NCBI GenBank assembly: GCA_947572725.1 | Contig: CANPDB010000003.1 | Location: 2,296-66,295, forward strand | DNA: 64,000 bases | Reading direction: 5' to 3' | Source of the DNA: an uncultured Clostridium sp. | Lineage (GTDB): Bacteria; Bacillota; Clostridia; TANB77; CAG-508 | Shown here: piece after piece, positions 1-8,765 of the stretch | Layout: each line of letters opens with the position of its first letter | Position numbering within the stretch: position 1 is the first letter of the stretch | Program-made: the position numbers and the translations under genes | The notes under the pieces: generated by a model | The model's input: only the letters and a program-made list of their open reading frames with translations | Database searches by the model: none | Told to the model about the DNA's origin: nothing

Positions 1-207
1 TTTTTCATATTAGTAGAACAATGACATTGAATTATATTTTACAAATATTTTTCTAATATAGCTTAAAATGATTGTCAGAATAATTTGCAAATACTTACTT
101 GATATGATAAAATATGAATGTGCTGAAAATACTATAATTTAAATAGTTATAAACGAAAATAGTATAATTAAGTACGTTACAAAAATACAAATAAAAGGGA
201 AATTTTA

Positions 208-669
208 ATGGAAGAAAAATTTATGAAAATGGCACTAAAAGAAGCAAGAAAAGCATATGATAAGTTGGAAATTCCTGTAGGTGCTGTTATTGTAAAAGAT
301 GGAAAAGTTATTGCAAAAGCTCATAATTTAAAAGAAACAAAATATGATACAACAAAGCATGCAGAAATTCTAGCAATACAGAAAGCAAGCAAAAAGCTAG
401 AAAGTTGGAGATTATTAGATTGTGAAATGTATGTAACATTAGAGCCTTGTTTTATGTGTGCAGGAGCAATAATTAATGCAAGGATAAAAAAACTTTATAT
501 AGGGACACTTGATAATAAAACAGGAGCAGCAGGTTCAGTATTAAATTTATTTGAAGATTACCCATTTAATCATAAAGTAGAAATAGAAAAACAAATAATG
601 CAAGCAGATTGTGAAAAAATATTAAAAGATTTCTTTAAAATGTTGAGAGAACTTAAAAGAAATAATTAA
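208..669 (+). CDS. tadA: tRNA-specific adenosine deaminase (CDA fold)
   Basis: Zinc-binding deaminase motifs HAEILAI and PCFMCAGAI; about 150 aa; lies upstream of the ffs-dnaX cluster as in other Firmicutes. Confidence 0.85.
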   Translation: MEEKFMKMALKEARKAYDKLEIPVGAVIVKDGKVIAKAHNLKETKYDTTKHAEILAIQKASKKLESWRLLDCEMYVTLEPCFMCAGAIINARIKKLYIGTLDNKTGAAGSVLNLFEDYPFNHKVEIEKQIMQADCEKILKDFFKMLRELKRNN

Positions 670-691
670 TTATAATAATACGGAGGAAAAA

Positions 692-1441
692 ATGAAAGAA
701 CTTTTCAGAAAATTAATGAATAAAAAACATTTTCATATATCAGTAATAATAATTATTATTGCAATAATATTAGTTGTTTTAGGAGCTATTACTCTAAGAT
801 ATCATGTAGAAGGTGAAACTAATATGCCATTTAATTTATCTAAAATTACAATTATAAGCTCATCAGAGGGAATAGATAAAGAAGCGGGAGAAAATAGATG
901 GGCATTTAATGTTAATCAAAATAATGACATATTTTTATATATAGAAAAAAATAAAAATTATGAAAAAGATGAAGCAATAAAATCAGTAACTATTCAAAAT
1001 GTTCAAATTAATAAAACAAGCGAAAAAGGAGAGATTGCATTATATCATCCAGATAGATTGTTAGAAAGCGCAATATTTAGTAATAAAGATGAAAATAAAG
1101 TAGATAGTATTGAATATACAGGAGACATGGATTCAGATATGAAACAAATGAAAATATCAAATCAGGGTGGAATTGTGGCTTTTAGATATGCAAATAATAA
1201 CATAGCAGAATATATTTCAAATGATGAAGAAATTAATCATAGTAATTTGCTTAAAAAATTAGAATTTAAACAAGAAGATTTACAAGCAAAATTGACTTTT
1301 GATATTATAATAATGGTTGAATCAAGAAAAGAGTATCAAGCTACTATTTCCCTAGATGTTCCAATAGAGAATGTTATAGAAAATGGAACAACTTCTATAG
1401 AGATAACAGATTTAGATAATATTGTTTTTAAAAGAATTTAA
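692..1441 (+). CDS. hypothetical membrane-anchored protein
   Basis: ORF with RBS GGAGGA; N-terminal hydrophobic segment IIIIIAIILVVLGAI; no recognisable motif. Confidence 0.45.
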   Translation: MKELFRKLMNKKHFHISVIIIIIAIILVVLGAITLRYHVEGETNMPFNLSKITIISSSEGIDKEAGENRWAFNVNQNNDIFLYIEKNKNYEKDEAIKSVTIQNVQINKTSEKGEIALYHPDRLLESAIFSNKDENKVDSIEYTGDMDSDMKQMKISNQGGIVAFRYANNNIAEYISNDEEINHSNLLKKLEFKQEDLQAKLTFDIIIMVESRKEYQATISLDVPIENVIENGTTSIEITDLDNIVFKRI

Positions 1442-1496
1442 ATAAGATTTTTGTATATTACTTGATAAAATTAATAATTAATTATATAATACAAAT

Positions 1497-1631
1497 GGTA
1501 TGTACTTAATCTTTGTATGGAGAGTATCCAATAAAGACCTATGAATCTTGTCAGGTCCGGAAGGAAGCAGCAATAAATAGTCATCTTTATGTGGAAACTT
1601 TCCATAGAGAGATTGAGTGCAGCCATTTTTT
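1497..1631 (+). ncRNA. ffs: signal recognition particle RNA (scRNA/4.5S, ffs)
   Basis: Contains the SRP domain IV hallmark GTCAGGTCCGGAAGGAAGCAGC. 5' and 3' ends are complementary (ACTTAATCT / AGATTGAGT) and a T-run follows. Upstream promoter TTGATA-17-TATAAT. Sits directly upstream of dnaX. Boundaries approximate. Confidence 0.7.
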
Positions 1632-1654
1632 AAGTATAAAGGATGTGAAAAAAT

Positions 1655-3289
1655 ATGGGGTACACAGCTCTTTATAGAAAATTTAGACCTCTAACTTTTA
1701 GTGAAATAGTAGGACAAGAACATATTACGCAAACATTAAAAAATCAAATTATAGCAAATAGAGTAGGACACGCATATTTATTTAATGGTAGCAGAGGAAC
1801 AGGAAAAACAAGTGCTGCCAAAGTTTTAGCAAGAGCTATCAATTGCCTAAATCCGAAGGATGGAGAGCCTTGCAATGAATGCGAAATCTGTAAAGGAGCA
1901 ATAAATGGATCTATTACAGATATTGTTGAAATGGATGCTGCATCTAACAATAGCGTAGAAGATATTAGAAGTATTAGAGAAGAAGTTAATTTTTTACCAA
2001 CAAAAGCAAAATATAGAGTATATATTATAGATGAAGTTCATATGTTATCAACAGGAGCATTTAATGCCTTGTTAAAGACATTAGAAGAGCCACCAGAACA
2101 TGTTAAATTTATCTTAGCAACAACAGAACCACAAAAATTGCCAGCAACAATTCTTTCAAGATGCCAAAGATTTGATTTTAAAAGAATATCAAATGAAAAC
2201 ATAAAAAAAAGGTTAGAAATTGTTTGTGAAGAAAGCAAAATAGAAGTAACAGAAGAAGCTTTAAATATAATAGCTGTGCTTTCTGAGGGTGCAATGAGAG
2301 ATGCATTATCAATTTTAGAAAGATGTATACAAGATGGAGAAAATAAAATTGATGAAGATAAAATAAAGGATTTAGTAGGAATTCCTAAAATAACATTTAT
2401 TCACAATATAACAGAAGCAATCATAGATTATAATGTGGATAAAGCATTAGAAAGCATAGATACTGTTTTAGAACAAGGAAAAGATATTACAAATGTACTT
2501 TGGGAAATAATAAAATACAATAAAGATATTTTAGTATATAAAGCATCAGGAAAAGTAGATTTATATAATAAGGAAGAAGTAGAAAATATACAAAAAATTG
2601 CAAACAAAGTATCAAAAGAAAAATTAATTGATTTAGTATATCAGTTATCTGAACTAGAAAACAATATAAAATGGTCTACTCAAAAAACAATTATGTTTCA
2701 AGCAGGAATTATAAAACTATGTAATAAAAATGCAGAAACTAACAGTAATATAGAAGAACGAGTAGAAAAAATAGAAAAATATTTAAAGTCTGGAAAAGGA
2801 ATTAGCGCAGGAATAAACTCAATCCCAGCAAATAATAATCAGATAAATAACCAAAATATACAACCAAGAGCCAATAGTGTAGTACCTAAATCAACAGTTA
2901 ATAATACTACAACGAGTAAGTCAAAAACAATAAATACTACTAAAAAATATTCAAATAAATCTGAGGAGTATTGGCCAGAAATCGTAAATGACCTAAAGCA
3001 AAATGGAAAAATAGTTTTGTATACTAATTTAATGAATACAAAAGCAGTTGAAATGAATGATATGACAGTCGGAATACAATTTCCAAATGGTATGACATCT
3101 TTTGGAAAGACAGTGTTAGAGAAACCAGAAAATGTTAGGGAAATAACTAATTTAGTGTCTATAGCTTGTGGAAAAGAAATGCAAATAAAATATATAGATA
3201 ATTCACAAGTAGAGACGATAGTAGATAAAGGAGAAGACTTGAAGAATTTAGCAAATGAGTCAGATATACCTTTTAATATAATTGATTAG
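1655..3289 (+). CDS. dnaX: DNA polymerase III subunit gamma/tau
   Basis: Walker A GSRGTGKTS, zinc module CNECEIC and Walker B IIDEVHML; conserved ffs-dnaX-ybaB-recR order. Confidence 0.9.
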   Translation: MGYTALYRKFRPLTFSEIVGQEHITQTLKNQIIANRVGHAYLFNGSRGTGKTSAAKVLARAINCLNPKDGEPCNECEICKGAINGSITDIVEMDAASNNSVEDIRSIREEVNFLPTKAKYRVYIIDEVHMLSTGAFNALLKTLEEPPEHVKFILATTEPQKLPATILSRCQRFDFKRISNENIKKRLEIVCEESKIEVTEEALNIIAVLSEGAMRDALSILERCIQDGENKIDEDKIKDLVGIPKITFIHNITEAIIDYNVDKALESIDTVLEQGKDITNVLWEIIKYNKDILVYKASGKVDLYNKEEVENIQKIANKVSKEKLIDLVYQLSELENNIKWSTQKTIMFQAGIIKLCNKNAETNSNIEERVEKIEKYLKSGKGISAGINSIPANNNQINNQNIQPRANSVVPKSTVNNTTTSKSKTINTTKKYSNKSEEYWPEIVNDLKQNGKIVLYTNLMNTKAVEMNDMTVGIQFPNGMTSFGKTVLEKPENVREITNLVSIACGKEMQIKYIDNSQVETIVDKGEDLKNLANESDIPFNIID

Positions 3290-3478
3290 AAAATACTAGA
3301 AGAGATAAAAATGTCTAAAGATAAAGCATTAAAAAATACATACTATTTAATCATAAGAATATGTAAAGACGAAGCATTAAAATAAAGAAATGTTATTTAA
3401 TTAATAAAAATTAAAATATTAAGATAAATGGAGATATCGAGAGATAATTATTCATTTATAGAGATAGGAGGAAATAAA

Positions 3479-3826
3479 ATGAGTAAAAGAGGTGGATTCC
3501 CAGGAGGAATGGGAGGATTCGGAGGAATGAATATTAATAACTTAATGAAAGAAGCTAAAAAAATGCAAGCAGACATGGAAAAGTCTCAAGCAGAATTAGC
3601 AGAAAAAGAATTTGAAGCATCAGCAGGTGGAGGAGCAATTAATGTAAAAGTTTCAGGAGAAAAAGTAATAAAAGAAATAAAAATAAAACCAGATGTTGTT
3701 GATCCAGAAGATGTTGAAATGTTAGAAGATTTAATTTTAACATGTGTTAATGAAGCATTAAGAAAAGTAGACTCAGCACAAGCAGATCAACTTGGAAAAT
3801 TTAATATACCAGGATTAGGATTTTAG
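3479..3826 (+). CDS. ybaB: nucleoid-associated protein YbaB/EbfC
   Basis: Start chosen at MSKRGG with RBS GGAGG. Gly-rich N-terminus and NxxKEAKKMQ... are typical of YbaB. Lies between dnaX and recR. Confidence 0.8.
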   Translation: MSKRGGFPGGMGGFGGMNINNLMKEAKKMQADMEKSQAELAEKEFEASAGGGAINVKVSGEKVIKEIKIKPDVVDPEDVEMLEDLILTCVNEALRKVDSAQADQLGKFNIPGLGF

Positions 3827-3909
3827 AAATTTAATTGCGGTTTGATTTAGATTATTTTAAATAGTATAAATTTCAATATTGTAAGGCAATTAAAATGGAG
3901 GAAGTTTAA

Positions 3910-4509
3910 ATGTCACTATATTCACCATCAATAGAAAAATTAATAGAAAGTTTTGAGCGTTTACCAAGTATAGGACATAAAACAGCAGCTAGACTTGCTT
4001 TTTATATGTTAAACTGTACAGAAGAAGAAACAAATGAGTTTGTTTCTTCTATAATAAATGCTAAAAAAAGTCTAAAATATTGTAGTAAATGTTATAACAT
4101 ATCAGATACAGATCCTTGTTTTATTTGTAGTAATCCCAAAAGGGATGAAACTCAGATTTGCGTAGTAGAAGATGTAAGAGATATTATTGCCATGGAAAGA
4201 ACACATGAATTTAAAGGGGTTTATCATGTTTTACATGGTTCTATATCACCAATGAATGGAATTGGACCAGATGATATAAAAATTAAAGAATTATTATCAA
4301 GATTAATGGATGGACAAGTTAAAGAAGTTATTTTAGCAACAAATCCTAGAGTAGAAGGAGAAGCAACAGCTATGTATTTATCAAAATTAATTAAACCTCT
4401 TGGAGTTAAAGTAACTAGAATTGCTCATGGTATTCCAGTTGGTGGAGATTTAGAATATACAGATGAAATAACCTTAACAAAGGCATTAGAAGGCAGAAGA
4501 GAAGTCTAA
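3910..4509 (+). CDS. recR: recombination protein RecR
   Basis: C4 zinc finger [16 protein letters not shown] and Toprim region; 199 aa. Confidence 0.9.
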   Translation: MSLYSPSIEKLIESFERLPSIGHKTAARLAFYMLNCTEEETNEFVSSIINAKKSLKYCSKCYNISDTDPCFICSNPKRDETQICVVEDVRDIIAMERTHEFKGVYHVLHGSISPMNGIGPDDIKIKELLSRLMDGQVKEVILATNPRVEGEATAMYLSKLIKPLGVKVTRIAHGIPVGGDLEYTDEITLTKALEGRREV

Positions 4510-4682
4510 TTTTTTTCTTGAATTGCTTTTTTAGTAGCAATAATTCCTAGATTATCTCCAAGGCTATTAAAAAAATTAGATAAAATAGATAGTTCATCTG
4601 CATCTAGATTTTCTCCTAATAAAATAGCAAGAGAACTAGATAATCCAATTAAGTCACAACTAGATAAATTGTTAAAAGACAT
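4506..4682 (-). CDS. small hypothetical protein (58 aa)
   Basis: Minus-strand [61 protein letters not shown] with RBS GAGGTG. Its stop overlaps the recR stop (convergent). Shorter than the 60-aa ORF-track cutoff. Confidence 0.3.
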   Translation of the reverse strand: MSFNNLSSCDLIGLSSSLAILLGENLDADELSILSNFFNSLGDNLGIIATKKAIQEKN

Positions 4683-4875
4683 AAAAACACCTCATTAAAA
4701 TAGAAGATAACTAAATTTAGTAGTAAAAGATATTTTGTTATTGCAGATACTAAATTAAGTGCACTTTATATTATAATATGAAGTGTTTTTTATTTTGTTA
4801 TAAGTTATAACTTATATTAAGTTATATAAATTTATATTTAAAATAAGTTTGAATTTTTGAACGCTATATTAATTT

Positions 4876-5997
4876 TTATCCTAAAAGTATTTTACAGATT
4901 TCATCAGTTGAAAAAGGTTTTGCAAGAATATTTGTATTTTTTTTCATATTTTTTAATTTTTCTTTATTAGATAATAAAAGGTCAAATACAATTTTACTTT
5001 CATTACTATTTCTTATCCAAACGGCAATTCCCTTACTTTCTAGAAATTCTGCATTTTCTTTTTCTTGACCAGGAATAGGGTTAATAATAACCATAGGCAA
5101 ATGAGATGCAAGACTTTCTGAAGTTGTTAGTCCACCTGGTTTTGTAACAACTAAATTAGAAATACTCATTAATTCTGGAACTTTGTTTGTATATGATAGT
5201 ATTTTTACAGCTTCAGATTTATTATATTTTTTTACTACATTTTCGAAATTTTCTTTCATTTCTGGATTTTTACCAGCAATGGCAATTACTTGCATATTTC
5301 CATCAAATTGTACTAAATTTTCAAAAATTTTTATTGTTTTTGTTTTTCCAAGACCATATTCTCCGCCACCAAAAAATAAGATTGTCTGTTTTTCGGGAGA
5401 TAAATTAAATTCTTTTAATATGTTTTCTTTATTATGTTTTTCTGTAAAACGACTAGAAATTGGTATTCCAGTTGCATATACTTTTTCTTTAGGAATATTT
5501 TTGCTAATTAAATATTCTTTCATAGCTTCATGTGCAACAAAATAATAGTCTGTGAAATCATTCCCAACTAACCATTGATCATGTGGAGCAAAATCAGTCA
5601 TAATTGTCGCAATTTTCGCAGATATTTTTCCCTTTCGTTTTAGATAACTACACATTTGGCTTCCAAAAGGATGAGTAGAAATAATTAAATCTGGATTTTT
5701 TTCTCTTAATAATTTAAGAAGTTTTATTGCCATAATTTTGTTTGACCTAGAAGAAAGATGTGCTAAAGGTCCTTTTTGTGAATCAGCATATATTCTTCCC
5801 CAAGCCCAAGGTGCTTTTTTTGCCATTTCATTGTAAGCCGAAGTTGTTACTTTTTCAATTGTTTTATTAATATATTTCATACAATCTATTAATTCAATAT
5901 CTGAATTATGATAATTGTTTATTATACAATCATTTATTGATTTAGCAGCATTTAAATGTCCTCCTCCATAAGAGGCATAAAAAATTAGTATTTTCAT
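4876..5997 (-). CDS. diacylglycerol glycosyltransferase (MGDG synthase / UgtP-like, GT28 family)
   Basis: N-terminal YASYGGGHLNAAKSI motif and C-terminal GT-B domain (GGLTTSE), as in monogalactosyldiacylglycerol synthase family proteins. Start at MKILIF with RBS GGAGAA. Confidence 0.7.
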   Translation of the reverse strand: MKILIFYASYGGGHLNAAKSINDCIINNYHNSDIELIDCMKYINKTIEKVTTSAYNEMAKKAPWAWGRIYADSQKGPLAHLSSRSNKIMAIKLLKLLREKNPDLIISTHPFGSQMCSYLKRKGKISAKIATIMTDFAPHDQWLVGNDFTDYYFVAHEAMKEYLISKNIPKEKVYATGIPISSRFTEKHNKENILKEFNLSPEKQTILFFGGGEYGLGKTKTIKIFENLVQFDGNMQVIAIAGKNPEMKENFENVVKKYNKSEAVKILSYTNKVPELMSISNLVVTKPGGLTTSESLASHLPMVIINPIPGQEKENAEFLESKGIAVWIRNSNESKIVFDLLLSNKEKLKNMKKNTNILAKPFSTDEICKILLG

Positions 5998-6053
5998 AAA
6001 TTCTCCTTTTTGCATTAATTTTATCATTATTATAATTTAGATTTAAAATTATC

Positions 6054-6313
6054 TACTCGCTCCCAGGAGTTTATATTTTAATATTTTTTCGTTATCCCCA
6101 TTCTAAAAATACAAAACCAAGATTTTCTAAACAAGCTTGCTTGTAAGAAAATATAAATTTTGCATAATTAATTTCTACGTCAAGTGCATAAATGCACTTT
6201 CCTAGAACTTAAAAACCTAACAAAAGTTCATAGAACTTTTGAGGATTTTTGAACGGTCCCCACAATTTCACTTCAAAATATTAAAATATAGAACTCCTTC
6301 GCGCTATTTTAAA
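6054..6313. repeat. MITE-like palindromic intergenic repeat (full-length copy, family 1)
   Basis: About 260-bp element with terminal inverted repeats CTCCCAGGAGTTTATATTTTA ... TAAAATATAGAACTCCT and internal imperfect palindromes. Shorter copies are at 38712-38857 and 22781-22935, a left-end fragment at 20641-20690 and an inverted degenerate copy at 48893-49034. Confidence 0.7.
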
Positions 6314-6470
6314 TGTTTTGATTCTAAATTATAACTTACTATTACAAATTTTGTTAATTAAAATTTTAGTATAATGATTTTATCATATATAATAAAAAAT
6401 TTCAAAAAATGGAATATTTTTTAAGAAACAATACAAAATAAGTATAGTATAAAAGAAAAAGGGTGATATT

Positions 6471-6947
6471 TTGAAAAGTATAATAAAAATAGCAATACTA
6501 TTATTAACATTAATAGTGACAATAATTTCAATTATTTTATTAACAACCATTGTAGGAGAGCAAAATATAAGTTATGCTGCTGCATCAACAACTTCAGACA
6601 TTCAACTTATGGCAAGAGCAATCAATGGAGAAGCGAGAGGAGAACCTTATGAAGGGCAAGTAGCAGTTGGAGCTGTAATTTTAAATAGGGTCAAAAACTC
6701 AAGTTTCCCTAACACCATAGCAGGTGTAATATATCAATCAGGAGCATTTACAGCAGTAGCAGATGGACAAATTAATCAACCTATTGCAGAAGGATCAACA
6801 GTATATAAAGCAGCACAAGACGCAAGAAATGGATGGGATCCGACAAATGGCTGTATTTATTATTTTAATCCACAAACTGCTACTAATAAGTGGATATGGT
6901 CTAGACCATTAGTAAAAACAATTGGAAAGCACAGATTTTGTAAATGA
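6471..6947 (+). CDS. sleB: spore cortex-lytic enzyme, SleB/CwlJ family (Hydrolase_2 domain)
   Basis: TTG start with RBS. Motifs AINGEARGEPYEGQVAVGAVILNRV and GAFTAV of the SleB catalytic domain. Immediately upstream of a ypeB homologue. Confidence 0.7.
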   Translation: MKSIIKIAILLLTLIVTIISIILLTTIVGEQNISYAAASTTSDIQLMARAINGEARGEPYEGQVAVGAVILNRVKNSSFPNTIAGVIYQSGAFTAVADGQINQPIAEGSTVYKAAQDARNGWDPTNGCIYYFNPQTATNKWIWSRPLVKTIGKHRFCK

Positions 6948-7082
6948 GACACTTGGGACGGTGCGAAAATGTCTCATAATTAAATTGAAAAATGTCGAAA
7001 GTAAAATAAAATTATAATTAAATATGTTATGACAAAAAACGACAAAAAGATGAGACATTTTTGGACCGTCCCAAGTGTCTCA
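6945..7082. repeat. paired inverted hairpin repeats (pair A), TGAGACA stems around a GGGACGG core
   Basis: TGAGACACTTGGGACGGTGCGAAAATGTCTCA (6945-6976) and its near-exact reverse complement TGAGACATTTTTGGACCGTCCCAAGTGTCTCA (7051-7082). Together they fill the sleB-ypeB intergenic region. Confidence 0.7.
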
Positions 7083-7097
7083 AGAAAGGAAAGTTTT

Positions 7098-8471
7098 ATG
7101 AATAAATTAGTAGATTGGAAAAATAGGTTAAAAAAAGGGCATATGTTAAGTGTAATTTGTGCACTTTTAATTATTGTAGCTATATTAGGTGTTATTTTAT
7201 ATAAAAAGCAAAGAGAATATAGACAAGCATCTGAAAATAGTTATAATATGGCATTTTATGAATTAGTAGATTATGTACAAAACGTGGAAACATATTTAGC
7301 GAAATCGTTAATTTCTACAACTCCTGAACATGGAGCAGAAACTTTAACAAATTTATGGAGAGAAGCTAATCTTGCACAAAGCTATTTAAGTATGTTACCA
7401 ATAGAAAGTCAAGAACTAGCAAATACAGAGAAGTTTCTAAATCAGGTAAGTGATTATAGTTATTCATTATCAAGAAAGAATATTTATAATGAAAGTCTGT
7501 CAGATGAAGACTTAAAAAATTTAAAAGATTTATATGGATATAGTGTAGAATTAGAAAATACTTTAAATCAACTATCAGAAGATTTAAATACAGGAAGACT
7601 AGAATGGGGAGAATTAACTAAAAAAGGAAATATAGCATTTGCACAGCAAGTAGATAATATATCAAAAGAGAGTTTTAGTAATTTGGAAGAAAATTTCCAC
7701 GAGTATTCAGGATTAATTTATGATGGAGCATTTTCAGAACATATTACAAGTAATGAGGCAAAAGGTTTAACAGGAGAAGACATAAGCGAAGAACAAGCAA
7801 AAGAAAAGGCAGAAAATTTAATAGGAAAAGAAAATATAAAAGAAATATCAAACTTAGGATATTCAGAAAACGCAACTATTCCAGTATATGATTTTTCAAT
7901 AACAAATAATAATGATGAGTCAATAAATGTATCAATTTCGAAAAAAGGTGGACACATTGTATATATGAATTCAAACAGAGATGTAAATGCAGAAATGATA
8001 TCACAAGAAAAAGCAAATGAGAAAGGTAAAGAGTATTTAACACAAAAGGGATTTCCTAATATGAAAGAGACATATTATTTAAAACAAGAGGGAATAGTAA
8101 CAATTAATTATGCTTATACACAAAATAATGTAATTGTATATTCTGATTTAATAAAAGTAAAGGTTGCATTAGACAATGGGGAAGTCTTAGGGATAGAAAC
8201 AACAGGTTATCTAAATAATCACCAAGAAAGAGATACTAAAAATGTGAAAATTACTAAAGAACAGGCAAAACGAAATTTAAATAAAGAATTAACTATAGAA
8301 AGTGAAGGAATGGCAATTATTCCAACAGAATGGAAAACAGAAATACTTTGTTACGAATTTAAAGGAAGAGTAGAAGAAAAAGAATTTTTAGTTTATATTA
8401 ATGCGGAAAATGGAAGAGAAGAAGATATTTTAGTTATTACAAATACTCCAAATGGTACACTTACTATGTAA
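7098..8471 (+). CDS. ypeB: germination protein YpeB (PepSY domains)
   Basis: N-terminal TM segment, then PepSY-like repeats. Partner gene of sleB. Start at MNKLVD with RBS AAGGAAAG. Confidence 0.7.
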   Translation: MNKLVDWKNRLKKGHMLSVICALLIIVAILGVILYKKQREYRQASENSYNMAFYELVDYVQNVETYLAKSLISTTPEHGAETLTNLWREANLAQSYLSMLPIESQELANTEKFLNQVSDYSYSLSRKNIYNESLSDEDLKNLKDLYGYSVELENTLNQLSEDLNTGRLEWGELTKKGNIAFAQQVDNISKESFSNLEENFHEYSGLIYDGAFSEHITSNEAKGLTGEDISEEQAKEKAENLIGKENIKEISNLGYSENATIPVYDFSITNNNDESINVSISKKGGHIVYMNSNRDVNAEMISQEKANEKGKEYLTQKGFPNMKETYYLKQEGIVTINYAYTQNNVIVYSDLIKVKVALDNGEVLGIETTGYLNNHQERDTKNVKITKEQAKRNLNKELTIESEGMAIIPTEWKTEILCYEFKGRVEEKEFLVYINAENGREEDILVITNTPNGTLTM

Positions 8472-8472
8472 G

Positions 8473-8755
8473 TTGCCAAGAGGGACGGGTTTTTTTGGCA
8501 ACTTTTGTTTATCAATTAGAATAAAATAAAAAATTCTAAAATCTGAAAAAAGTGCATTGAAAGTAATTAAATTAGAAATTATTAATTTGGTTTATGGAAA
8601 TAGTTTATTTTTAATGAAAGGGTGCCATAAACCAAATTTAAAATTTCTATGAAAATTAGCTTGAACAAGCATTTTTGATAATTTTAGAATTATTTATTTT
8701 TATTATATATAAATAACGGATAAAGTTGCCCAAAAGACCCGTCCCTTTTGGCAAC
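8473..8755. repeat. paired inverted hairpin repeats (pair B), GTTGCCAA stems around a GGGACGGG core
   Basis: GTTGCCAAGAGGGACGGGTTTTTTTGGCAAC (8473-8503) lies directly after the ypeB stop. Its reverse complement GTTGCCCAAAAGACCCGTCCCTTTTGGCAAC (8725-8755) lies directly after the VanW-gene stop. About 220 bp of AT-rich spacer separates them and contains a further inverted repeat TTTGGTTTATGG...CCATAAACCAAA. Confidence 0.7.
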
Positions 8756-8765
8756 TTTTAGCATT

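Noticed and set aside
5183-5545. Antisense and overlapping ORFs inside well-supported genes (e.g. 1744-1950, 2038-2238, 5183-5545, 12944-13576, 15225-15707, 23286-23753, 47582-47896, and many minus-strand ORFs inside the giant adhesin genes)
   Set aside because: They lie opposite conserved protein-coding genes, have biased low-complexity composition typical of AT-rich antisense frames, and lack RBSs.
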